Both the position numbers and the translations under genes were made by a program. The notes under the pieces were generated by a model. The model saw only the letters and a program-made list of their open reading frames with translations, was not told the origin of the DNA and made no database searches. A DNA stretch of 49,621 nt, filler included, from Sphacelaria rigidula (lineage: Eukaryota), in NCBI GenBank assembly GCA_964200075.2. It is 3 parts of 3 records of this genome, joined end to end, with 100 filler letters (N's around TTAATTAATTAA, not from the genome) between each part and the next. Parts side by side here need not be neighbours in the genome. Positions count along the whole stretch, not along the records: positions 1 to 16,475 come from CAXNAA020001345.1; 2 more parts are not named here. One strand, given 5' to 3'. Below are positions 1 to 12,336 of the stretch, piece after piece. Position 1 is the first letter of the stretch; every line of letters starts with the position of its first letter.

Positions 1-955
1 GGACTCGGGACCCGAATCTTGGCCACGGCATCTTGCACCCAAAATTGCGCTCAATCTGTACCCATAACATAGGTGTCACACGAGTTTTGAAGATCCGGGG
101 CCGAAGATCTGTTGCCATAACATCCGGCCTAATAAGGACCCCAATTTGGCCCATATCGGGGAAGCTTAGATTCATTTGTCACGATTTGAGAACGGTTTTA
201 CACGAATTTGAGCCCAGATCCGTGGAAAATCGAGGTCCCCCGAATCTGTAGCAACTGCCGTACGTATGTTGACGTACAGTGATAGGGCAACAGGCGTTTG
301 GTATTTTTGCAACAACACCAGCAGACAGTTTTGTGACAGCACAGACAGTGCCTGCGAGCGCCGGCTGCTGGAGCAGCCCCGCATGAAGTTTGATCAGCGG
401 ATAAGAAGTGTTGACGCCGTACCTGCGGTGATGGCAATTTTTTATGCCGCACTGTACTGCTGTTTGTATGATAATGACGAACGGTACTACTGTACAACCC
501 TACACTCTGCTGTCACGGTACTTGCAGGGTGATGAATGACACTGCACTCGTGAATTCTTGTCGCACACTGTGCACTGTTCTCGCAATGCCGACTACGGTA
601 CCATCATGTGTTACCACAGGGCATTATCGTGTACTGTGATTGTGGAGTGTACTTCACAACATTATACCCTAGGGTACCACGGTACGACGCTGCTCTTGAA
701 GGATGATTCCCTGCCTCCCTGTTCTTCGGCTTCTCTGTCTGTGATATCACACCTGCCCAGAAAATGACTGTTCGTGTACAGAACAATAAAAAAATCTGTG
801 AAGCCACACAGGGGTACACACGAATCTGAGTTTCACAAATCTGGGCCTCCCCGATTTGGCACAGATTCGGGTCCCGCCAGATTCGGGATTGGCTGCCATA
901 CACAGTGGTCTCATAACTCGCAAAATTGAGGTGAGAAACGGCGATTTAGGAATCG

Positions 956-1765
956 GGCCGGGCGAAATTCGGAACAATATTTTCAAGGCCGTTTACAGGC
1001 CCAGGTTCGGTGCTTGTGCCTTGAATCTGTGTGGAACCTGGCTAGGCCATAACCGACCAAAAAAGTGGGGAAGGTTTACATATATACACATATTTCACTT
1101 GCTTAGGACGCTGCTGTAAAGTAAAGACCATATTTTCACGAGAAGGCCTTTACCCCTCTCAAAAACAAAATGAAGGGCCCATCTTTTTCTTCGGCATGCC
1201 TTTGCAATTCTCCATGATGAGTTTCAAATTTCAGTTGTTAAAACTAAGCTGAAAAACTGATATCAGGTCCGAGAGCGCGGTATGTTTTTCCCTCAAAACT
1301 CCCCTGAGGAACAAAAGAAAAATGAAGAAAAATGAAAAACAAAAAACGATTATTATATTCTTCATTGTGCAGTGGCGATTATCCGAACGAAATTTCAAAG
1401 CACAACTCTCAAGAACTGAGACGCAATATCCAGATTTAGTGCATCAAGTGCCTCTGCTCGAAATAAGTTGATTTTAGTGTTGAAACTTATGTGCGCCATA
1501 TCTCGAGACAGATGACGAATTAGGCAAAAGTGGAGGTATTGATCGTTTTCCCGTTCTCCAGGGAAGGTTCACACCAAAATTCGTCATCATCCGCTGTATA
1601 TATCGTTCCTTCGGGGTTTCCTAAAGACTTGATTATTGACGCTACCTCCGTACGGTTTAGAAATTACTAGACATTAGATTTCACAATGAGAAGAAAATGG
1701 CCCAGACTTCTGAGCACATGGGCATCTTCCCCATGATCAGACGATTAATACGATATGCAGATCGA
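956..1765 (+). repeat. Dispersed repeat (probable non-autonomous DNA transposon remnant), copy 1; boundaries approximate
   Basis: Aligns by eye over several hundred bp to the reverse complement of ~10540-11700. Shared blocks include acgaaatttcaaagcacaact, tatccagatttagtgcat, gctacctccgtacggt and aaaatggcccagactt. Confidence 0.75.
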
Positions 1766-4529
1766 GGAAAATCATACCGACAGACAACTGTAGAGACCAC
1801 CGATTCGTTTCGATGAAGGGGAGGGGCTGAAGGTGTGACGAAAAGAAAGCAAAAGTTATACTCGCACTCGTCCATACAGATTTTGTATTGAACTTACAGT
1901 ACCAGACATCAGTTGATTGCGATAGACTGTATACATACGAGTACTGTGTCAGCCACCCTGCAGAAAAGTTGCATTTTTGTTGTTCTAGCTTTGCTTGGGA
2001 GCGTGTAAAGGTATACCACAATCATGGTGATAATGTTTCATCGGAACCACGCTCTCACGTAAGTTGGTGCAGTCGCTTAATTGTCGCGCAGGCAGCCAGC
2101 CACCGCATTGTGTGGGACTTCGGGTATAATACAAGCTGTGTGAAAATACCACGCATAACTACCGTCATGCGTCATAATTAGTAGAAATTTCGGAATATGT
2201 CATGTCTCGAGTATGTATCGATGTGACACCCGTATCGTGGGATAATCGGGGCCTATTTCCCATCACAGAAAAAGACCATGTCAGCATCATTGCATTCTTT
2301 TCTTGCGCAATGCAGTCGCATCAATCTCGAGTTGCGTCCATTTGTTTCCACACAGTTGACGATTAATGTCGCGTCTTCCTGGCCCATCCTCTGTATATTG
2401 TAAATAATTATCTTGTTTTTTTTCCTTGAAGGAAGGAGGGTAGCTGCGGCCCATCCTCTGGTACGTCGACTTGTGGTGACCTCCTCTTGCCTGCATTCTC
2501 CAGAGGGCAGCTCAAGAGACGCGGGGAGTAGTGAACAACACGAGTGTTGAAAGACGAATCAGCATCCATGATCACGTGAGTGTAGTGGTACGGTACCGAC
2601 GTGTGCCGTAAGTTTTGTCTTTGTTTTGCAGCCTCCAATTTGCATGTATATGATTTTGCCCCAGAGGGTGAAGATGAGATGCTCGTGCTATACATGCCAC
2701 ATGCGAAAGTCGTGGGATATGCGCAAATGCTCTGTCGTAGGGGGACGTGACTGCTGGGGAGCAGTATGCTACTCTTTTTACGTCTAGTTGACGACACCCG
2801 TACATGTGCTGTACTTTGTACATCGATGTGTGCTCTATTTGTTCAGCAGTAATACACTAGACATGACCTGTCTCTTGTGTTTTTATGACGACGCTACGTG
2901 CCTACGTAGAGCCCAAGGGGAAGCATGTTTCCCTCATTTTCCTACCCGTTGCCATCGACTCGTCTTTATTTGACCTTCATTTCATTTTTTTTATTACTCA
3001 TTTTATCTTCTCTTGTTCAACCTCCAGTACGCAGGCTATGTAGAGGATATCCTTGAAAAAAATCTCTGACCGCGAGGTTTGATACATCGAGCAAATGTAC
3101 CGGAAATAATAAATCTGATTAAAGAAATGAAGTTCGTCTGGAAGCTCGGGAGCGCCGGTTGAGCGAAGTTCTGTTTCGAAGTGTAGCAGTGTATTGACGG
3201 GGGTTGCTTAGCTCTACAGTTCCTCACCGTGCATAATATGCGCAGACATCATTATGGGCACAGTTGTGCACCCATTGTGCTTCACACTGCCACACTGGCC
3301 CGGAGGGCACAATGAAACATATTGCTAACTGATGTTTCATGTCCGCACGGAAAGGCTCCGTCGCTCTTGTCCGATACTGCCTTGCCTTGCCCTGCCTTCT
3401 GACCCTCCATTTTCATTTGTACTTGCTTCTGACATCGCTTTGCCACCTCAGAGCGCAAACATGGAAACACTTCCACTTCGTCGCCTTCACGAAGGAAAAT
3501 GAGCACATGCCGTGGCAAGAACACGAGCCCCAGGGCAACTTTTTTCTTCGAGGTACCAGGTAAGAGACCCACGCAAATTTCGAGATTGGCAGTCCGAGCT
3601 TGCTTCGAAGGTGGCTCATATACTACATTTACAGTAATAATGAGATCATAAGGTCCAAACCTCATCTTTTGGAGCATCAAGTCCATCCCTTTCAAAGACG
3701 CAACAATATTATAGTAGATCCTGGTATCCCATGATGCTGATTTCGATCCCTTCTGTAAGTTTCATTATTGGTTTGGGGGGCGCGTCGGGAAGTGCTGCCA
3801 AACTGGATTGCGCAACACTCGTCGGCGAGACTCAGACGCTTCGTTGGACGGCGCCATTGGTGCGCTTTTCGAAGTATTCAAGTATTCCCCGCTAGGCCAT
3901 AGTTGGAGTCGAAGCTGTCGAGGATACACACGTACAACGAGGGCGTAAGCACAGTATGTCTGGCACCTAGTGTCCTTCCCAACTTCACCTGCGGCACTGT
4001 CAGGTTCACGAGCTGTGTTTTGTGCTCCGACTCCACAGCGCATCCTCCATTCCTGTTCGACGTATTTCAGTATCTTTGCCGCCGAATCTGACGAAGTGAT
4101 ATCGCCCTGGTCTCCTTGTCTCCGTTCCCGTCTGGCATGTCGAATTGTCGCTCGGCACCGCACCTGTTCAGCAGGAGGCTGCAAGATGTGTTGGATTCTC
4201 AAGAGGGCCATGTGGCCATGACCGCGGTGAGTGAGGGGTTCGTGTGTACGCGTTGAGGGGCGACGCAAGCTTTTTTCGATGTTCGCCGGTACCGCGCCAG
4301 GGTGACTGACCACATCCAAAGTGTGCTATAGTACGTTGTGCTGCTATGGTATTGCGTACCGTACAGGTCGCCACGTGTGGTGTCACAAAACAGTAAATGC
4401 TTTCTGCGCGCAAAACTATCGGAATCCCGTGGCAGGTGGCCGGCTTGACGATGTGTTTCCGCCTGTACGTGTGTGCGGTAGTGTACCTGTACGGCAATTA
4501 TGACCCAAACTGACATAGAGGAAATTTCC

Positions 4530-5042
4530 AAGGTTATGTTGTGTAGGGTACGGGTACGCTCGATAGGTTATGAGATTTCTTGCAGAACTTGGAGAACCTT
4601 TCGGGTAGGGCGTGAATGTTGTATAAAAACCCGTACCCGCACCCAGGTATTCCAAGGTTATAATATAACGTGGAATTGTCGGGTACCAGCACGAGAGTCT
4701 CGCAGCACTCACAGAATATGTCGGGTAGGGTATGAGTGTTGTACAGAAACCTGTATTTACACAAGGGTATTTACCCAAGGGAATACCACAGCCCCAGGTA
4801 ACGGATATGGAAGGCTTACAGAGATTTCAGCACTTGAGAGTACGGGTATGGATGCTGTGGAGAAAGCCGTACTTTCACCCGAGTATTACTACGAGAGTAT
4901 AACATGACCTTGGGTACGCGGATGGAAGGCTTCAAGAACTTGCGGAACTGTCGGGTAGGGTATGGGAGGCTTACCAACTCATACAACTGTTGATTATGGG
5001 TAATACCCGGGTAAATACCTCAGGTATACAAAAAAACGTACC
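4530..5042. repeat. Degenerate internally repetitive element rich in TACCC/GGGTA motifs
   Basis: Recurrent tcgggtaggg (~4601, 4721, 4951), gggtat, taccc and cagaa motifs. No convincing coding frame. Confidence 0.55.
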
Positions 5043-5692
5043 CTACAGTACATAACCTCGGGAAATATTGCTGCTGAAGCTGCTCGAACTTGCCGTGAAG
5101 AGCATGTTTATATAATCGTTGCTTTCTCGACACATCAGGAAGCAGCAATGACACCGTCCGGGCGACTTGATATAGCTCATATCAACCGCACTTGTCCTTC
5201 CAGTAGTCTCCTCTCCGAGTGGCAATGCGACCGGCTTGACGAGTTGATGAGGTTGTTTCCCTTGGGGAGGTGACTAGGTGGTCCTTACTGTCCCGACGTA
5301 TGCGCGCACAGGTTGATCCCACTACTTGACCTCAATACATATCGTCGGTTCGTGGGACCAGCCTGTAAACACAAGGGGCGCATATTGAGGTGTAGCTCCA
5401 CCGGACATGTCGTGTCGCGACTGCGCCTCTGCATCTTCTCTTTCCGTAGGGAATTTTTACTCTCGATATGCTAGACGCAGATCTTTTGCGGCGTTCTATT
5501 TTGCCATCATATAGTTGTCATGCAGTCGACACCCTGGCAAGGTGCAGGGTTCCCCGAGCGACCGCTCGTCCGTTTTTTCGCACTCGGCTCTACCCTCTTC
5601 CCCGCCCCCCTGTCGACTGCCCACTCTCATACTCCCACCCCGCGTGCTCTTCTCACGGCAAACCGCCCTTTGCTGGATTGTAGGATGTCCAA

Positions 5693-8600
5693 ATGCCAGT
5701 TTCAGTGGAGGTTGGCGTCGTCGCCGCACTTTTGTTAGTTGGAGCTCTTTTCTGGCTGTGGCGGTATGATGCGAAAATGGAAAAGGCCCTACAAACCGCC
5801 CTGGAGTCTGAGCAAGAACGCCTGGAGAGCGCTCTGCGCCATAAAGAAGTGGCTCGACGACGCGCTGAGAGCGAGGAGGCTGGAGAGCACAGGACCCGCG
5901 CCAGGGTCGTGGAGGCTGAAGCCCTTCTGAGGGCACGACGAGCTCGGGCCGACGGCGCCGTGCGCCGACTGGAGATGGCGAAAATCTCCAACAAGGACGA
6001 GGTAACTTCGTTCGAGGTAATTGTGGGAGCTTTGAAGGAGACAGCCCCAAGTAAGAATCGAGAGCTCGGGGCTGTTCTTGAAAAGCACCCGATCAGCTTG
6101 GAGCTGAACTTGGTTGTGGCAGGGAAGTGGACGACAACGGCTCGAGCGGTACGGGTGAAGGATAACTATTGAGATCTATTGCGAAGATGGGGGTTATTGC
6201 TGCCGGTCACGGCGACGAGTCGTTTAGCCAGTGCAGGACATGTCTGAGAAGCTCAGCCAGCCTTGTTACCCTCCATGTTTCCCTGCTCGTACCTCGTCTC
6301 ACGACTCAGATCGTCGATCTGGAAGCCCAGGTCGCGCGGCACAAGGCGCGAACAACGCAGATGAAGAACGAGCTTCGGCTGGAGGTTGAAGCCGCAAAGG
6401 CTCGTGATGCCGCTGCTGCTCGCAAGCACCGGGCACAGGTGGAAGCGGAGGCTGCCGCAACCGCTGTTAAGGTCGCAGCTGAGAGGGAAGCTGCAAGGAT
6501 TCGGCGGATGCACGCCGAGCTCGAGGCGCACGCCGTTGAAATCGAGCAGAGAACCATACCCGAGGTTCAGGCAAGGCTCGTCGGAGCGGCGGCGGTAGAG
6601 GCTGAGGAGGAGGTAGACGTGGAGCCGCAGGCATCACAGCTCGACAGTGAGGTGAGCATTCACAGTAGGAAAGTAGCACATCATGGCACTAGTAATAATA
6701 TTCGGAGTAGGAGTGGGAAGAGTAGCGGTACAGTAGTAGTAGAACAGTAAGCCGTAGCGACACTGCAAGGGTTCGAAACATTGGTGAAGACGGTTCTTTA
6801 ACGCCGAATATTTCGGCTTTGCCTCGTGTCTTTTCATTCCTCGGGTGAGACAAGAAGTAGAAGGCTCGGCACAAGGCACCTCTCTCCGCGTCTTGAGGCA
6901 TATTGTTGGCTAGACTACAGAATCGGCAAGTGTTGTTCATCGATGCGATCTGACCTCGGGTCTTGGTTCTTGTGGTTGATTGCACCGACCGCCCCGTTCC
7001 CTCTCTTCCGTAGGTGGAGAACTGGGTCGCGGGCAACCTGAAGCTCGCTTTCCGCGGTATGGTCCGCCGCACTGCAGAGGCTGCGGGGAGGATGGGCGAT
7101 GTAGCACAGCGTCTCAGTTTCGCGATGCGCGCGCTGGAGCCCACGCTGGAGCACAATCTGTCCGGTCTGAATCTACCTTCAAACGTTCTGTCCCGGGGGG
7201 AGTTCACCACGACCACGGTGGTCACTCTCCCGATCATGGGGCAGACACATGACGAGTTCGTCGTGAAGACGAAGAAGGAGGTGTGTATTTCGAGACCAAG
7301 TGGTGTTGTACGAAAGGTTTTGAGTGGGTTTATTTTGACAACAGCAGAAGGCGACATACTCGTCATGTAGCGGGTGCACGGACAGCAGCAGCCACTGGAT
7401 TGGAGTAGAAATGAGGCGGTCACGTTTGTGTGCCTGTGTGAAAGCCTCAACGTATTTCGATGCCGCTGCTTGATAACTGTGTGCTCAACGTCGCCCCCTC
7501 TCCATGCAAGGCACGAAGCAAAACCGGCGAACTAGAGAGAGCTCTAGACAGTAATATATCCCAAGCATCTAGCCGAAGTCGTTCGATGTAGGTTGAATAG
7601 AAAGCAACAGAAGCCGAGGTGCCGTGGTTGATATCTATCAAAATTTAGCATCATGCCTGTGCTGTGTATTCGGTTACGCCCGCACTCAGTCCTATGTATG
7701 TGTACGATCAGGAGGATACGTGAGATACGATGCAGTTGATGTTGGATGATGACATCACGGAATTGCGAGGGAATGTAGGATTGGACCAACCGGGGGATTG
7801 GGGGTGGCATGCGCCCACAATACGTGTCTAATGACACATGTATCGCGATCACATCTCTCCCCGGGGCAGGAGCAGTTTACCCCACCGTGGCTCAGTTGCG
7901 TGTTTCTACTTGTTCTACATGTGCAGATTCCACATCGTGTGGTGAGTGCGTGTTGCAAGGAGTTAATAAAAAAGGGTGAACACCCTGTCTCCTCTGTGTA
8001 CCAGTCTTCCCCAACGATTTTACCTTACTCAGTGCGAGCTTACACGCTGGGAGAGGAGGTGAGGATGAGCACACAGACATCAAGCAGCGGAATCCAAAAA
8101 TGGTGACGCTCTTACATAGGCACACAAACGTAACCGCCTCATTTCCACTCCATTCCAGTGGCTGCTGCTGTGCGTGCACCCGCTACATGACGAATGTGTC
8201 GCCTCGTGCTGTTGTGAAAATAAACCCCTTCAGACGCTCTCCTACAACACCACTTGGTCTCAAAAGACACACCTCCTTCCTCGTCTTCACGGCGTACTTG
8301 GCGTCTGTCTGCCCCATGATCGGGAGAGTGACCACTGTGGTTGTGGCGAACTCGCCCCTGGACAGGACGTTGGACGCTGGGCCCAGCGTCCAACGTCCAG
8401 TCCAGGGGCGAGTTCGCCACAACAATAGTGGTCACCCTCCCCATTCTGGGGTAGACAGACGCCAAGTACGCCGTGAAGACGAGGAAGGAGGTGTTTATTT
8501 TGAGACCAAGTGGTGTTGTAGGAGAGCGTCTAAGGGGGTTGTTTATTATTACAACAGCACGAGGCGACACATTCGTCATGTAGCGGGTGCACGCACAGCA

Positions 8601-11600
8601 GCAGCCACTGGAGTGGAGTGGAAATGAGGCGGTTACGTGTGTGTGCCTGTGCGAGAGCCTCGACGTGTTTCGATCGCGCTGCTTGATACCTGTGTGCTCA
8701 ACGTCGCCTCCTCTCCGTGCGAGGCACGAAGCGAAAACGGCGAAGTAGATGGAGCTCTGAACAATATATCCCCCAAGCATCTAGCCGAAGTAGTTCGATG
8801 TGGGTTGAAAAGAAAGCAACAGAAGCCAAGATATCGTGGTTGATTTCTATCGAAATTCAGCATCATACGCGTGCTGTGCCTTACATCACAATTTCCCCGT
8901 GTTTTGTTCTGCTTCTGCTTCTGTGGTTCCTTGAGCAGACCTACGACGAGGAGGCCCGCAAGTGTTGCATTCGGGAGAGTATTGTTCTGACCAGGTGACA
9001 AACAAAAATACCTCATAGTCGCGGTGGGCTGGGCAAAACATGTTTTTACAGCTGGGCTGACCAAGACTTTCTATCGGCGGTTGAACAGCTCTTCTCTGCT
9101 TCTCAAGTTTAGGAAGACATTTCTTGAGGGAACGGGGGGCGGGATAATAACCCGATGACGAAAAATCCTCTGACCGCTTACGTTGATGTTTTTTATGCGT
9201 GCAGGAGGCCCTTGTGAAACTTTGGTTCAAAACTACTCGAATTGGGCGGGGCATTTCACTTTTTGTGCTGTGAGTAGTCGATGATGTCATGCATACCTAG
9301 TTGAGGATGCCCGCTCTTTTTTCATGGAGATATGGATTGTGAGGGAGTGCAAGTAGTGAAGTAGCTGAGCACTTATCGGAGGTGTGGTGAACTATCCACT
9401 GCCAGTACTACAGAAATGTAGAGCCAATCCTCAAGTTCAACAGAGGAACAAGTACGATGCATTGGCTCGTCCAGGTAGTGATGGCCCTATTGACGCAACA
9501 TGGTTGTGTGATTTCAACCATGTGACCGCCAGGGTGGATCAGTTGTCGAATCGGCACACCCATTTCACAAAAAAATATATGGGAGACCCAGATTAGCCAC
9601 CGAGGCGCTCAGAGGATCAAAATTGTTGCCGTTATAGGCAATGTTTTACACGTCGGACACATCATGATCCATTATTATTAGTGTACTGCTCCGGATCATT
9701 TTTTCCCCTGCTCCCATAGTTCCTCCCTTCAGCGCTGGACGCCGACCATGCGGAGCACCGCAAAGTCGCGTTTTGGCTTCTCTGACCCCGCGGTCACGTA
9801 TTATGTGTTTTGGGACCAACGGATGGATTCGAGAGTCTTCTTTGGTGAGCAATTTTGGACGGATTATGGACTGTCTGTCCAGTGTGTGCAAACTTTCACC
9901 TTCTTGGGTGAAGCATTTTCCATCTCCTGACTTCTGAGACGTCTCTGCTTCTCTGGCTGCATTCCCCCGATCACCGCCGCTGTTTGTTGTCATTGTTGCT
10001 ACTGTTGTTGATCCTACTGTAAGGCTCGGGCGGCACGAGAACATCGTGTCTGTGCTCGCAATGAACGACACCCTTGAGTCTATGCCGCTGCTAATGCCCA
10101 AGGCGGAGGGCACTTTGACGGCGCTCTTGCACGAAGGGTGTCCCACCATGACGGACATGATCAGGTCACGTATATTGTCATCGCAAAGTCTACACTCGGG
10201 TCCCATTTGCACTTTCTCCCGTCCCCGCTAAGCTGTATGACTGTTCTCACCGGTTTTCGCCCGAATTTATAGTGGACCAGGTGTATACCCGCCAAATACT
10301 TTGATGTCATTGCCAGCATTTAACTATGAGTAGAAGTCGTCGCGAACCCATTCTCAAGTCAGCCGTGTTCGGACTACCGTGTTTCGCAGCGGTACGGGCT
10401 GGCACTACCGGCCGCGCCTTGAATCTGTCCTACAGCATCTCTGTTTCCCCGTCTGATTTGGCCATACGAGCTGGCCCGGCCTAGACGCGGATTTAAGCTC
10501 TCAAATCAAAATATCATCGGTACGGACGAGTTGGGCCGTGATCCGCACGTCGTGTTGGTCGTCTGATCAAGAGGAAGGTGTCCATCTGCTCAAAAGTCTG
10601 GGCCATTTTTTTCTCGTTGATTAACCCCATGTCTAGTTTTGTCTAGTCATTCCTATACCGTACGGAGGTAGCGTTCAGATTGATCGAGGAATTGATTGTC
10701 GTACTTCAAGTGATCCCCCCGGGATCCAACCGTGGTCACATGATAGACGCATCCAAGAAAAAAAAACTGAAACACTAGCTGAAGGAAAAGAAGGAACAGA
10801 CAAAGTCGAACAGAGCGACATCGTAGACATACTATGTTCTATATGAAATCCCGAATGATACATACAGCGGATCATGACGATTTTTGGTGCGGACATCCCC
10901 TGGAGCACAGGGAGGCGATCGATATCCTCACCTTCGCCTAATTCGATATCTATCTCGAGATAAGGCACACATAGGATTCCATACTAGAATCAGTATCTCA
11001 CGAGCAGAGGCACTAAATGCACTAAATCTGGATACCGCGTCTCAGTTTTTGACAGTTGTGCTTTGAAATTTCGTGAGGATAATCGCTAGTGCACAATGAA
11101 GGGAAACAAACACTTTTTCTGTTTCGATTTGTTTTTCAAGTTATTCGCTTTTTTAGGGGAGTTTTCAGGGAAAATGGACAAAGCTCTCGGACCTCACCTC
11201 GGTTTTTCAGCTCAATTTTTAGAAGTTTGATTCGAAACTTATCATGGAAAATCGCAAAAACGTGCCTTGGAAAAAAAAGTAGGCCTTCGTGTTTTTTCCT
11301 GGACAGTTAAAATATGGTGTTTATTTTATTATTTACGAAGCATATCTTTATGTTTTTTCATTTGTCGCACTTTAAACCCCTTCCCTTCCTCGGGATGCTC
11401 CGTCTCGAAAGGGATGCGTGGTCAATGGTCAAACGACTAAGGCAAGCAACAAATGAGTACGCCCCTCCTTCCTCGGGATGAGTCCGTGGTCTCAAGGCAT
11501 TAGCCCATATCTTCCCTGGTAGTTTTGACAATACTCAAACGTCCTAAACATGTGAAAAAACGATGAAAAACCAACCGTTCTCACTTTTCATGGTTCATTA

Positions 11601-12282
11601 TGGCCTAGCGAGGTCCCACCAATAATTTCAATACACAAGTACCAGACCTGGACCGGTAAATGGCCTGCAAAATACTGTTCCGAATTCATATTGGCCCGGT
11701 TTTTGGAAGGTTCATTCACAACTCAATACTTAGAGCTGGACCCTAGAATTTGGTATGAATAATCAATGGGGCATATTAAAAAAAAAATGTGCATGTATCC
11801 GAAGATTTTTTTTCTTTCATGAGTTAAAGGCAATGATCAGTTTTCAGGTTTCCATAAAATGCAGTTAAATCATGAAGAACAAACCTTTGGGTCCATGCCT
11901 ATTTTTTTTTGTTATGCCCTATTGATTTTCCATACCAAGTTTTACGGTCCAATCTCAAGTATTTGCGAATGGGCCTTCAAACTTCAAATCTACTTCTAGG
12001 CTCGCCCAGCTCGTAGTAGTTTCATCCATGGCTGATTCTCTCTTCATTTCGCACGCGCGCGCGCAACCTGAAGTATTACTAGACAAGGAAACGACGACGT
12101 ACAACAAATCCGCACATGATTTTGGTTTGTATGTATGCACGCATGCACAGCTTTCGTACTGGTCGCAAAGACGAAGTCACACAACTTCTCTGTCCTTTCC
12201 GCGGGTATCGTGGAACACCAGCACGTTTCAGGTCGCCGCGGGCGAAGCCGTAGCACCTGCAACGCGTGGCTCTATGGTCATG

Positions 12283-12336
<54 letters not shown>

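Noticed and set aside
2287-4319. Minus-strand ORFs 2287-2496, 3282-3695 and 3765-4319 as a gene
   Set aside because: Somewhat coding-like, but interrupted by stops, with no recognisable domain and no phase-consistent splice model.
4530-5042. CRISPR-like repeat-spacer array
   Set aside because: The repeats are degenerate and irregularly spaced, there are no cas genes, and the context is eukaryotic.
6689-8780. Long ORFs 6689-7450(-), 8100-8627(+) and 8139-8780(-) as a paralogous small-protein family
   Set aside because: They are shadow frames of kinase exon 3 and of the palindrome. Their mutual similarity is explained by the DNA duplication.
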